Shown: in pieces, positions 50,045-64,000 of the stretch
Layout of the letters: each line of letters starts with the position of its first letter
How positions within the stretch are numbered: the first letter of the stretch is position 1
DNA from: the human T2T-CHM13v2.0 reference genome, Homo sapiens
DNA length: 64,000 bases
Strand: one strand, 5' to 3'
NCBI RefSeq assembly: GCF_009914755.1
Contig: NC_060937.1
Translations under genes and position numbers: made by a program
The notes under the pieces: model-generated
Database searches by the model: none
What the model was told of the DNA's origin: nothing
Seen by the model: only the letters and a program-made list of their open reading frames with translations

Positions 50045-51569
50045 TTAGATAGTTCATAGAAAAAACAAAGCTACACATAATCCTCATAAAAATAGCAATT
50101 TTCAATAATTTTAATGTGCTGAGCTAACAGATTTTATTTCCAAGCTGTTTTCTATTCTGTATTTTCCCTGCAGGCTTCTTTTATTATGAGCATTAAAGGA
50201 CCATCCATGGGAGACTATGAGGATTGTTAGGATGAGGCAAAGACATCTTAACAGAGTTTACAAAGAGCTTTGAAACGTGAAACTACCTTCTCTGGAAAAA
50301 TGGGATGTTGGCTTGAAGATATTTCTTAGTATTCTGTGTTTTCTTTCTGGTTTTTCTATGTTGTTTTAATCATATTATCATACCTTGTCATTTCAGGTAA
50401 CATAGCATAAGTTATAGTAATTAGTTTCAAGAGAAACATATGTTAGAATTTGTGTTTTGTGTTTGGATCCTATCTGTGTACTTGAAAGATACACGTATAT
50501 GTAGATGGATAGTGAGTTCCATCAGGATGCTCAGCGTTGAAAGCATAGGAGGGAACTGTGCTGAGCGTGTGAGGTTTGGCGATTGTGCTCTTTTATCATC
50601 TTTCTTTCTTGAGTTTTTAGCAAGATAAGACATGTAACTACTGTAAAATGAGAGGTAATTTTTAAAATAGCCACTGGGTTAACCAAAAACCTTTTAAATA
50701 GCTGTGGCATCCAGTGTGGGCAAGGGTCACATAGTTTTGTTCCTGGAAGTGTAAATTGTTTCAGACCTCCCCCGGCCCCCAGAAATTTGCTAGTATTTAT
50801 CAAAATTTAAAACATCTATATGTTCTTTAATTTAACAGTTCCACCCTTAAGAATCTCACTTACAAAGATATACTTGAGAAAATGTTCATGGTAAGGTGTT
50901 TCATAATAGCAAAATTTAGAAAGTGTTCAAAAGTAAAATGTGGAGAATGGTGGCTTCCCTGCAGGGTCATTGGTCCTCAGTTACAAGGCTGCAGTCCATG
51001 ATGTGTTATAGTTTAAAGTGTGTTGTAAGCACTTTGTAACTAATACTAAAATTCTGAAGTTAGCAAGTTTGCCAGTGACTTTGTTTAACAATTTTTTTGT
51101 TTATAAAATAAAGTGGATTAAAAATGATCCATATGATACTCTACTCATTCATATTTGGACTTTTTTTTTATTTGAGTAGGAAAAAATAGGAGAGACTTAG
51201 ACCTTGCAAGCCCAGGGTTGTTTATAACTCTTATTTTCACTATATGGGCTATAATCTGCATAGCTCATGGAAATACATTATTTTTATATATCGCAGCTTA
51301 AGAAGGGTTGAGAATTGTTACTGTAGTGTATTTTGTGTAGACATCATTTTAATGACATAAATTTTCTTATTAACATTATTATATTTTCCATTTTGGACAC
51401 AGACCTTTGATTTTAGTATCTTAAAATTTTTAATTTTTGAGAATGTAAAATGCTAAGAAATTTAAGCACATGAAAACATTGAAAATTAGGATTTCTTTCC
51501 ATCTTTGAACCTTCGAAACAAGACCCCAATTTAAGTCTTTAGAGGTCACCACTGTTACCTTCTGGAGCA

Positions 51570-51577
51570 TGTGTGTC

Positions 51578-51613
<36 letters not shown>

Positions 51614-51629
51614 TGTCTGTCTGCGTGTG
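51570..51629 (+). repeat. Compound (TG)n/(TCTG)n microsatellite, pure (TG)15 core at ~51582-51612
   Basis: Read directly. Confidence 0.95.
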
Positions 51630-53632
51630 CTAGAATTTTGCTATCATTTGTTTTGTAAGATACTCTTAGTTGCTTAAGTAGGACTTACTTTTTTTATATG
51701 AAAAGAAGTGGCATAGAACTTTTCTTATATAAGAAAACAGTGGTCCCTAGGCTTTTAAAAATAAGTATGGAATACCTACCTGCAGGTAAGTTATTTAATC
51801 TTTATGACAACTTATGATGTATTCTTATTTTTATTCTTGGTTTTATGGAAGAGAGAACAATCTCTGAAAGTTTAAATAAATGCCTTGTCCAGTGTCACAT
51901 AGCTGGTAAATGAGAGAGTATGGATCCGTTGTTTAGTATATGTTCCAGACTGACTCTCAGATGCATTGGAACTGGGCTGGGCCGTTAGTGGTATTTGTTT
52001 TTGATCGATAGCTTTAGCTGGCATCTGTTCTTGCTGTTGGTGGAGGCTTCTCTCTTTCTGCTTCCTTCCCCTCTTCCCCATTGGTGTATCATCATAGAGA
52101 TCTAAAAAGTAGAGTTGTTTCTTTTGTTTTTCTCATCTTGTAACTTGGATGCCAGTGAAGGCAAATCCTCACTTGGATTTGCTAACTTACTAAGTAAGGT
52201 AACTGAGTGAGCTTTGCTCAGTTAACTGAGTGCCAGAGCTACAGCATAGAGATATTGATGCCTTTTACCACTCGTTGATATTCTTAAGTGGAACTAATAA
52301 AGTCTCCCTGGATTTGGAGGAGAAAGTTCTGTGACTCCTTTTTCCTTTTCATAATAATTTTATAATATTTTTCTAGTTGTGACTTGTACATATGTGATGT
52401 TCAAAAGAATTGATAAGAACTAATGAATGCAACTTCATAAAACCCTTATTATGACAGAATATCTTTTGAAATGTTTGAGAACGTTTCCTTTCCTATATGT
52501 TGGCTTAAGGTCAGCTTTTAGAATATTTGAAGATTTTGAATGCGATGTGGAATACTAAATGCTCTAAAGTGAATGCCTGAAAAAGGAAAACTCTCCCTTT
52601 ACAGTTAGGGAGTCTTTTAAGGATGTAGATAGGTCAGATACTTTTAGGGCTTGTGGGATTTTGGGGAGTGGTTTCAATAGGAAAAGTCTGGGATTTGATG
52701 AGGCTGGGATTTTTTTCCCTTTGCTTGAGGTTAAAACAGATTGAAGTGTTACGTTCTAGTTTTCCTATTACGCTCTCTCCTTACTGCCCTATGTATCTAT
52801 TAGCTCATTCTGGAGTCAGAATGACAGCTAAATTCTTTCTCTGCCACTTAGTAGCTGTGTGATCTTGGACAGGTTGTTTAATGTCGGCCTCTGAAGATTG
52901 TGTTTTATTCTTACTATTTGCATGATATGTATTTCTCCATCTGTGATTTTATGTTGAAAATACTGTGTGTTTCTTGTAGCCAGGATGTAGTTGTGTCATG
53001 CTTTTGAAATAATTCTGATGGTCTCTATTTTTAAATTGTAGTGTTTAGACTATGAAGTTTTTTCTTCTTTAGTTTGCCTTAGTGTATTTTCTTAAATAGC
53101 AGCTTTATTGAGATTTAATTCATGTGTCATCAGGCTCACCCTTTAAAAGTATACAATTGAGTGATTTGTAGTATAGTCACAGAGTTATGTAACCATCACT
53201 GCTATGCAATGTCAGTAAAATCCATTAACATTTAATAAATGATCAAGGTGGTTGGATTTATGTCTAGCATTTTATTATTTGTTTTCTCTCAGTCTCCCCT
53301 TTTTTTCCTTCTGTTTTCCTTTTCTGACTTGGATTATTTTAGTAATTTTTGAAATTCCATTAAAATTTATCTATTGGATCTATCTATTTTTCAGTGTTTT
53401 TTCTAGGATTGCAATATCCATCCTAACATTTCATATTCTAGTTAGAGCTAATATGATACCATTTCAAGTAAAATGTAGAAATTTTGCCATCCTCCTTCTC
53501 TTCCCATCACTATCCTCTATGTTATAGTTGTCATATGTATTTCATCTGCATGTATTATAAATTCTATGTGAAAATGTTATAATTTTGTTATAAACATGTT
53601 GAGGTGAGTTAGGACATTTCTTTAAATTGATC

Positions 53633-54084
53633 TGTCAAATTTAAAATATAGAGACAAATCTCTAGATTAAATATTTTATTTGAGAATCACAGAATTGGAA
53701 TTTGAGACATACACATGGGGTCTTCAGTATGTCCAAGGAACAAAGAGAAGGTTGAAGGTTTTATTAGATAGAAAAAAAATGTTACTGATTATTTTGAAAG
53801 AAAGTTCATTGGTACTTGAAAAGCTTTGGGAGCTGGCAGGCTCGGATAGGAGAGTGGCAGTGGTAGTTTAAAAACTAGTCTTAGAGTGATAGCAGGTTGT
53901 TTCAGCAGTTACTAGGTAAAGCTGGTCTTAGGGTTACAGCAGGCTGTTTCAGCAACTGGGCCTCTGGATAGTTCAGTTCTTGGAGCCTGTGCTATGTGCC
54001 CTGAGTGCTTTTTTCCCCTGACTCCTTGACTCTTATGTAGTTGGGTATACAAGAATGACCCAATTCATGTAATCAACTTTCACA
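53633..54084 (-). mobile_element. Solo ERV1-class (MER4-group-like) LTR
   Basis: TG...CA termini, 4-bp TSD gatc (53629-53632 / 54085-54088), AATAAA on the minus strand. Confidence 0.78.
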
Positions 54085-54164
54085 GATCCAAATATCATTC
54101 AGTTGAAATTAAGACTCATTTTATTTTGGTCCATTTAAAAAATGTTGTCTTTTAAAATTACATA

Positions 54165-54800
54165 TGTATTTTTATTGTGGTAAAGCAGACATAACATAAA
54201 ATTTACCCTTTCACCAATTTTAAGAGTGTGGCTCAGTGGCTTTAATTTTATTCACAATGTTTTGCAATCATCAGCTCCAGAACTTTATAATCACCCCAAA
54301 CTGAAACTGTACATATTAAACACTAATTCCCCATTTCCCACCTACTCCTAGCCCCTGGTAACCTTCCTTTTACTTTCTGTCTCTGTGAGTTTACCTATTC
54401 TAGGTACCTCACATAAGTGGAATCATATAAGATTTGTTCTTTTATGTCTGGCTTATTTCACTCAGCATAATATTTTCAAGGTTCATCCAAGTTCCTTCCT
54501 CTTTAAGACTGAATAATAGTCTACTCTGTGGATATACCATATTTTGTTTCTTCATCACCTGTTGATGGACATTTGGGCTGTTTGTACCTTTTGGCTGTTG
54601 TGAATAATGCTGCTATGAACACTGGTGTATAAGTATCTGTTTGGGTCCCTGCTTTTGCTTCTTTTTAGTATATAGCTAGGAGAGGAATTGCTGGGTCCTA
54701 TGGTAATTCTATGTTTAACTTTTTGAGGTTCTGCCCTACTGTTTTCCATAGTGGCTGTACCATTTCTCATTCCCATTGTTTTATTGTTTTTAATAACCAC
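54165..54800 (-). mobile_element. L1MB 3' end fragment
   Basis: tattctaggtacctcacataagtggaatcat...cttatttcactcagcataat...gaataatgctgctatgaac. Confidence 0.85.
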
Positions 54801-55238
54801 CAAATCATGCCTTTCCTTAATGCAAGCTCTGGGTAATTAGTTGACTCATTGGATATTTGTAATGTCCGCTTTACATAAGTTTAAGAGGTTTAATTTGACA
54901 GTATCTTCCTAACCAATATGTTTATGCTTGTTAGTCTAGTGTTACTGCCAGAGACCTATTGCACAGACTTGTGGGAGTATTAATATTTTTTCCCCTCACA
55001 TTTTCTTTAATGAAAAATTTAAGAAATACAGAAAAGTTTGAAGAATTGTACTACTACAAATGCCAGTAGATTCTATAATTAACATTTTCTTATTTGTTTT
55101 TAACATATTTATTCATTTGTGTTTTCCTCTACTCATCTATCAATCTCATTTTCATTTTGCACGTCAACTTAAGTTGTAGATAATAGTACAATTCACTCTC
55201 CTGTACACTTCAGCATGCAGTTTTTAAAGCAGAGTTCA

Positions 55239-55400
55239 GGCCAGGTGTGGTATCTTACACCTATAATCCCATCACTTTGGGAGGCCGAGATAGGAGGATC
55301 ACTTGAGGCCAGAAGTTTGAGGGTGTAGCGAGCTATGAATCCAGCCTGGGTGACAGAGCAAGACCCTGTCTCAAAAAAATAAATAAGTAAATAAGTACAA
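55239..55400 (+). mobile_element. Alu monomer (FAM/FRAM-like)
   Basis: Single arm with A-rich tail, TSD agagttca. Confidence 0.8.
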
Positions 55401-55439
55401 TAAAAAAATAAACCAGAGTTCATTATTCATTTACAGCTT

Positions 55440-57421
55440 TTCCAAGAAAGCCTTATTGAAATATAATTGCTATTCAATAAAGTGCACATATATAAGAAAT
55501 TAATTGTACACTTATATGTGTACACTTATGAAATCATAATCACAATCAGAATAAAGAATGTATCCTTCAACTCCAAAGACTTCCTGGTGCTCCTTCGCTG
55601 GCTCTTTCGGCCACTTCCTAGCCTTCCTCTTCCCCTTTAGGCAACTACTGATCTGTTTTCTTATCATAGATTATTTTGCATTTACTAGAATTTTATATAG
55701 GTGGAATAACACAAGTTATGCTGTTTTTTGGATTTTTTTTTCACCCAGCAAAATTATTTTGAAATTGATGCATGTAATTGTGTCAGTACTTCATTCCCTG
55801 TTTTGTTTTGTTTTGTTTTGGAGACAGAGTTTCCCCTCTTTTGCCCAGGCTAGAGTGCAGTGGCACAACTTCCGCCTCCTGGGCTCAAGTAATTCTTGTG
55901 CCTCAGCTTCCCAAGTAGCTGGGATTACAGGTGTGCACCACCATGCCCAGCTAATTTTTGTATTTTTAGTAGAGACGGGATTTTGTCATGTTGGCCAGGC
56001 TGGTTTCGAACTCCTGGCCTCAAGTGAGCTGCCTGCCTCAGCCTCCCAAAGTGCTGGGATTACAGGTGTGAGCCACCGTGCCTAGCCTGCATTCCTTTTT
56101 ATTGCTGCATTCATTTCTTTTTATTCCATTGTATGGGTTTACCACCATATTTTTAGTAGCCATTCATCTGTTGGTGGACATGTGAGTTGTTTCCAGCTTT
56201 TAACTACAACTAGAGGTGCTATGAACAAGTAGTTATGTGGGCATATGCTTTCATTTTTTTTTGGTAAATGCCTAGGAGTGGAATGGCTAGATCATTTGTA
56301 TGTTTTATCTTCTTAGAATCTGCAAACTCGTTGGTACAATTTTACATTTCCGCCAACAATGTATGAGTGTACTAGTTGCTCCACATTCTTACCACCCTTT
56401 AAATTTAACTGTTATACTATGTAGTGATGTCTTATTGTGGTTTTGATTTGCATTTGTCTGATGATTAATAATGTTGAGCTCATTTGCTTTATATCTTTGT
56501 CGATGTGTTTGTGAAGTCTTTTGTCCATTTTTAAATTGAGTTGCTTGTCTTATTTAGACATATTAGGGTTCTTTATTCTAGGAAAAATCTTTTGTCTGGT
56601 ACATGTCATTGCAAATATTTTCTCCCATGATGTGGTTCTGTTTTCATTTACTCAGCAGTATCTTTTGAAGAGCAACAGCTTTTAGTCTTGTTGAAGTCCA
56701 GGTTATTAATTTTTTTTTCTTTTATAGTTTGAACCTTTTGAGTCTTAAAAATATGGGCCAGGTGCAGTGGCTCACACCTGTAATTCTAGCACTTTGGGAG
56801 ACTGAGGTAGGTGGATCTCTTGAGTCCAAGAGTTCCAGACTAGCCTGGGCAACATGGTGAAACCCCATCTCTACAAAAAGTAACAAAAATTAGATGGGCT
56901 TGGTGGCATGCAGCTGTAGTCCTAGCTGCTTGGGAGGCTGAGGTGGGAGGATCACTTGAGCCTTGGAGTTTGAGGCTGCAGTGAGCTGTGGAGTGTTACT
57001 GCAGTCCAGCCTGGGTGACAAAAGAAGAATGTGTCTCAAAATAATGAATTATTTAAAAAAATAGATATATGTAATTTCTTGCCAAACTCAAGGTCACTGA
57101 GACTTTCTTGTTTTTTGTTTTGTATTTTTAATGTTTTATAGTTTTAGATCTCTGATCAATTTTGAGTTAATTTTTATATGTGGTGTGAAGTAGGGTCTAA
57201 ATTAATCTTTTTTGCATGTGGCTATTCAGTTTGCTATACAATCTCTTGAAGAGGTTATCCCTTCCTCTTTGAATTGCCTTGGCACCCTTGCAGAAAAAGT
57301 AATGGGACATACATGTGCGATCTCGGCTCTCTGCAAGCTCTGCCTCCCGGGTTCACGCCATTCTCCTGCCTCAGCCTCCTGAGTAGCTGGGATTATAGGC
57401 GCCCACCACCACAACTGGCTA
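55440..57421 (-). mobile_element. Old L1M fragment with AluS (-, 55799-56087), AluJ (+, 56756-57045) and a terminal AluY piece (57317-57421)
   Basis: Antisense L1 3' text interrupted by Alu consensus. Confidence 0.8.
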
Positions 57422-58648
57422 GATAATGAACTCTTAAAAATACTTTGTCCACACCCCCTTTCATTTACTCCCATGTATTACTAATCCTGCTGAGGCCGTC
57501 TTGGTGTGACCTCCTTCCTCACCACTGACCCCCTCTTTTCTCTCTCAGAACTTCCTTACTTTAACAATCCAGTTGAACACATATGCCACCTTATTCAGCA
57601 GTTGAATCTCAACCTGAGAGATTCTAGTGTTCATTCTTCAGTTCCACACATAACCATCGTGAGTAAGAGAGGCTCATTCCCATAGAAGGATGAGGTTTAA
57701 GATTGCTCCAGTCATTAACAGTATACAAGATGTCAGATAGCGTTTTACTGGGTCTAAGATAAATTAGGCTGTAACCAAGAATATTTATATATCAAACCAG
57801 CCTCTCCACACATCCCAATTATAAATTCTGGACAAAATAGAAAAAGCTACATAATACCTATGGGTACCAGAGAGCAGCCACAATTAGACAGAAATAGGAA
57901 GGCGACTACCCTTGGAAGGAGGAAATGGCATGGGGGCAGTTTCCTTTTTTGGCCTTTTTTGAACAGTTCCTGGAATGAATTCTGGAGTGTTCCATGTATG
58001 CATGGGTCAGATTCCAAGCACTCCAGCTGAGGCTAAAAGAACCAAAGAGAATTATTAGCTGTTACTTATGCTAGTATTGGGGGAAAATATTCAAGTTCTA
58101 CCTAGGTGACTCTTGAACCCCTTTTGAAATGTGACAACGTAGCAGATGCTGTTGATGCTGCTGTCCACCCTTTCTGCCCGGTTGTTAGCGTCACCTTAGG
58201 TGACCATCCCTTCCCTGTGAGTCTCAGTGGTAAATTCTGACTAGTGAAATCCTGACCAGGATTCATTCTCTTCCTTACCAATGACCAGTTTATGGGAGGC
58301 TCATGGTCCAGTTTGATTCCTGGCAAGTGAGGGGACCTTTCAAGAAAAGGTTTCTTTTCATTGTGTGAAATAAGCCTTTTTAAAATTATTTTAAGCCATT
58401 GTAAACTGAGGGTTTTTATTGTTGTTGGGATTTTTGTTTTGTTATTTTAATTTTGGCCAAAACTACCGGGTTGAAAGACCAGTGTTTTACAGACTGACAT
58501 TCTATTGAATCTTAAAATAGAATATAGCTTCTGATTCTTGTGTTAAGCTTTCTGAAGTAATTTAGAAACAAAACCCTCTATGGATTACATGGCAAAAAAG
58601 GCATGTTTCAACCATAAAGTAAATTGTTTTAAAAATTTCCCTTAATTT

Positions 58649-59543
<895 letters not shown>

Positions 59544-60403
59544 TAACTCTTTGCTAGATTAGATAAGTTGCTGAATTCAAATTTAGAATTCTGGAAATAA
59601 ATGTAGAAGGGATGCTTTGAGAAGCATCCTTGTGCTTTCATTGTGTTATGCTATTTTAAACTTACGGTAACTTCGTGATGTCTTAAAATTTATTTTCATT
59701 GATTTATTTGTATGTGACTCCTAAGCTTAGAATTCAGTTGGAAAGATTTTTGTTTTTGTTCTAGTGAAGGAAGTACATTGCTCGAGGATTTTTTTGGGTT
59801 AACTGAAGTAATGCTAGTTATCTCTGTTACATGTAGTTAATGATTCTTGTTGCCCCCAGATTTGTTCTAAACTTAAACTTTTAAATGCATGCTTTCTAAA
59901 ACAGGCAAAGAAGCAGAAATAATGAAATGATCACTGGGGCTTTGTTTCTGTACTGGTCCTTATTTAAGGATATTACAATGTTCCTAAGTTACCATTTTGA
60001 CTCATAATATGTGATATGCTAATGTTCCAAGCACAGAGTATTCTTTTCTGTATGTTTCCACTTCCCAACCTACCTATGGTGTAGCGCCTGTCTGTACCAC
60101 TACGTGTGTGCATGTGTACATGTTCCTAGCTTTTTATTCAGTCCTTTATGTGCTAGTTGATTGTTGAGTGCAGATAAAAATAATGTGTTGTATTTCTTAA
60201 CCACAATATTTGATTTATAAGGAAATATTTTGATAACAGCATTTATAGTAATATATGCTCTTACTGATTAGAATGCCACAACTGATAGAAAATATATTGG
60301 ATGTAAATTAGTTACATATTTACATAATCTATACACAAGTAACAGCATATTTTGTCAGCATAGCGTACAGTAGCCATAAAATAAGAGTGGGTGATACAAT
60401 AGA

Positions 60404-60848
60404 GCATTGGTTCCCAGTATGTTCTGTGGTACCTGGGGACTCTTGAGACCCTTTCAGACACTCTGAAGTAAACAATTTTCCATAATAGTTTTTCCTGCTC
60501 TCATTCTCTGAGGATTGTGCAGTAGAGTTTTCCATGTAACAGTAGAGTTATATGATATATGTTATCACAGCAGATTGAATGCAGGAACCAGATTTGAGAA
60601 TCCAGCTGTCTTAAGCCACATGTTAAAGAGATTTGTGAAAATGTAAAACATTTCTACTCTAATGAATTTGTCATAAAAATGTTACTTCTAATTGTTAACA
60701 TTAAATGGGCTATTCTTTTGAAATACATTTTTAAAAATTTCTTAATTTTAACATGGTAAATATTGATATATACAACATGTATAAGCCAAAGCTCCTTGAG
60801 ATTGTCAATATTTAAAACTGTAAAGCCCAGAAAATTTGATAGGCACTG
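60404..60848. mobile_element. hAT-Charlie-like DNA transposon remnant
   Basis: cattggttccca ... tttgataggcactg ends; internal gagaatccagctgtc...ttaaagagatttg. Confidence 0.55.
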
Positions 60849-61095
60849 TCCTGAAAGGTGACTGGGTAGCCTCTTGAGATAGGGTGATGACAGTCTTCTC
60901 TGAGAGTGTGGCCTTTAAGCTGAGATTCTAGACAGAATGAGCATGCCTCCTCTGACTACTATGCCCCACTCCACTTCCACATTCTTTTTTAGCCTTAGTA
61001 TAATTACTTCCATGTCAAGTCAAGGACTTTTACTCATTCATTTCTGAATTCCTGTTGCTTACCACTTTACTTACTAGTCATTAATAATTCTTTAC

Positions 61096-61707
<612 letters not shown>

Positions 61708-62204
61708 TACCTTTCAGTGGAATTATTTATATACATTTCTACACATGAGACAAACTTTTGAAGGAAGTTTAATGTCTTTGGTATTCACATCAAACTAATT
61801 TGACATATATTTTTATTTAGTTTTTTTTAAAAACAAATATTTTTTAGGATCTGTTATTTCCTATTAAATTCCTTTTACATGAAAGATCATAAATTGATTT
61901 TTAAAAATGACTTTTAATGTTAATAGGGCTTTGTCTTTTAGACATATTTGTTAATGATAAATTTGTTTCTGTAATTTTTATGCTTTGTAGCTTTAATTTG
62001 GGCCCATACGTAAAGACTATGTAGTTTTATTATCATTCCTGCCGTCATCATCCTTGATCATACCATTTAAAAGCAATAGAAGTTTTAAATGGAGTAGTAG
62101 AGAAAGACAATCAGGAATTAATGAGTTTAGATAAAATAAGAGTACAAGCAAACAAAGTTGATTGTGGCCATGTTATGAATGCGTGAGATTTCAACTTTTA
62201 ACAA

Positions 62205-62430
62205 ATTAATAACTTTTTTTGAACACTTAGTGTGTGCCAGGCACTATTCCCACCCCTCTGCATGTACTAACTCATTTGCTCTTCCTAGCAGCCCTATAGA
62301 CAGGTACTATTATTTCTGCTTTTCAGGCGAAGAAGCAGAAGTTGCTCAGGATCACACAGCTGTTAGTGCCAGGGCAAGGATTTGAACCCCGTCATTACCA
62401 TGCTCATAACTACCGGACTATGCTACCTCT
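62205..62430. mobile_element. MIR
   Basis: tgtgccaggcacta...aactcattt...aggatcacacagctgttagtg...ggatttgaaccc. Confidence 0.75.
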
Positions 62431-63181
62431 GAAGAAGAGATTATACAGCTTGTTGTGGCACAACACAAAACCTTAAAATGTTTTCAGCTCTTTTTTTTTT
62501 ACCCATCCTTATTTTTTCCCCATATGACTATTATTTATTCAGCCTTTTGGTATCTAGCTTGCAGAATATTTCAGGGTCCCAAAGGGACTATATAAAGAGC
62601 TGTCTGTAAAAGTTCTGCTTTCCTCCCAAAAGCTAGCAGTGGGAAAAACAGGCAGGAGAGATAAGGTGCAAAGCACAGGGAGGAAGAAAGAGAATAGTGG
62701 AAGCAGCAGTGGTGATCTGTAGTGGTGTCTACAGTGTGCTGGTTCTGGTTGAGTTGGTACAGGCAGCCATGTCAGCAACCAAGTCTTCACTTGTTGGAGG
62801 ACTCGCTTTTTACATGCTCTGGCTGGGATGGTTTTAGTTACTAGGATGTAGGGGACAGGAATAACGGCATTTGGTAGAGATTCAAAACAGCAACCAGGGA
62901 TGACGAGCTGCAGACATTGATCGATATCAAGTAAATAATAAGAGATAGAAGATAAAACAGCTCTCAGGTGCCAGAAAGCAACTTGGTAATGGAGAAATAC
63001 ATATCCTAGAGAAAGGTAGACAAGTGTATTTATCCTCTCAGGAAATTACCTGGATAAGTGTACATTTCTGCAAAGCAAAATAGAGTCAAGCTCCTGAACT
63101 CCTGCTGCATAGGCTGGTAGGTGTTAATGGGTGTCTGAATGGAGAAGGATGAGGACTTCAGGTTTCTAGTAAACTTAAATG

Positions 63182-63544
63182 TGATATGGTTTGGCTGTGT
63201 CCCCACCCAAATCTCATCTTGAATTGTAGCTCCTCTAATCCCCACGTGTTGTGGGAGGAACCTGGTGGAAGGTAATTGAATCATGGGGGGCAGGTTTCTC
63301 CTGTGTTGTTCTTGTGATAGTGAATCAGTTTCATGAAATCTGATGGTTTTATAAATGGCAGTTCCCCTGCACAAGCTCTCTTGCCTGCTGCCATGTAAGA
63401 CATGCCTTTACTCCGCCTTCACTTGCCACCATGATTGTGGGGCCTCCCCAGCCATGTGGAGCTGTAAGTCAATTAAACCTTTTTCTTTATAAATTACCCA
63501 GTTGTGGGTATTTCTTCATAGCAGTATGAAAATGGACTAATACA
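63182..63544 (+). mobile_element. THE1 (MaLR) solo LTR, sense to PCCA
   Basis: tgatatggtttggctgtgtccccacccaaatctcatcttgaattgtagctcc...aaaatggactaataca; near-perfect 5-bp TSD aaatg/taatg. Confidence 0.93.
63273..63283 (+). promoter_or_regulatory. DUX4 consensus site TAATTGAATCA in the THE1 LTR
   Basis: Exact match to TAAYYBAATCA, ~70 bp upstream of TATAAA (63350-63355). Confidence 0.6.
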
Positions 63545-63936
63545 TAATGATTCCCTTGTTTGGAGGATTGTCAGATACTATATGAAAAGCGGTTTCACAT
63601 GTGCTTAAAAAAACCTGTATATGTGCCTTATGGTGTCATTATTTCTAATTTATAGATGTAGAAATAATAATATTTAGAGAAATAAAATGCTTTTTCTAAT
63701 CACATGCCAGTAGGAGATCAGCAAGCTGGGACTAGAACTCAGGTTATTTTGATTGAAATTCTTTTTTACGAAGCCCTGAGGGTTCTAAAAAGCTCGAGTT
63801 TCACTGTGAACCATTGTATGGAAAACTTAAATGTAGCCAGAAACCACATAGAGAAAATAACCAGGTTTTAAATGTTTTATAGTATAATATTTGTTGTGGT
63901 ACTCTTTTATGGGCTTTAAGAATCTAGTATGCTGGA

Positions 63937-64000
63937 GGGCTGGGGTGGCTCACGCCTGTAATCCCAGCACTTTGGGGAGGCCAAATCAGGCAGATCACTT
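63937..64000 (+). mobile_element. Alu 5' end, truncated by the window edge
   Basis: ggctggggtggctcacgcctgtaatcccagcactttg. Confidence 0.9.

Noticed and set aside
59611-59630. ggatgctt-tgag-aagcatcc hairpin
   Set aside because: An 8-bp stem is expected by chance in 64 kb, with no pre-miRNA or snoRNA features

Overview
Primate (almost certainly human) genomic DNA from inside PCCA (propionyl-CoA carboxylase alpha, + strand). The window holds four short phase-0 coding exons of the biotin-carboxylase domain at 1330-1377, 1482-1550, 44486-44599 and 46794-46847 (exons 3-6 by my recollection of the reference numbering). Between them lie introns of 104 bp, ~43 kb and ~2.2 kb, plus the start of a further large intron. 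The introns are packed with ~45 Alus, L1 fragments, DNA transposons (Tigger3, MER58, MER20), solo LTRs (MLT1, MLT2A, two ERV1-class, THE1) and a full-length antisense RPL15 processed pseudogene. Almost every ORF in the supplied track is Alu/L1 noise. Best leads: (1) two sense-oriented solo LTRs (THE1 and MLT2A), each with an ATG exactly 11 codons upstream of a GT donor and in phase with the next PCCA exon; (2) a candidate poison exon with a perfect donor beside a UG repeat; (3) several template-switch or templated-insertion scars just downstream of exons 3-4; (4) an L1 with a short 3' transduction. Repeat subfamily names come from remembered consensus features, not a RepeatMasker run, and repeat boundaries are approximate.
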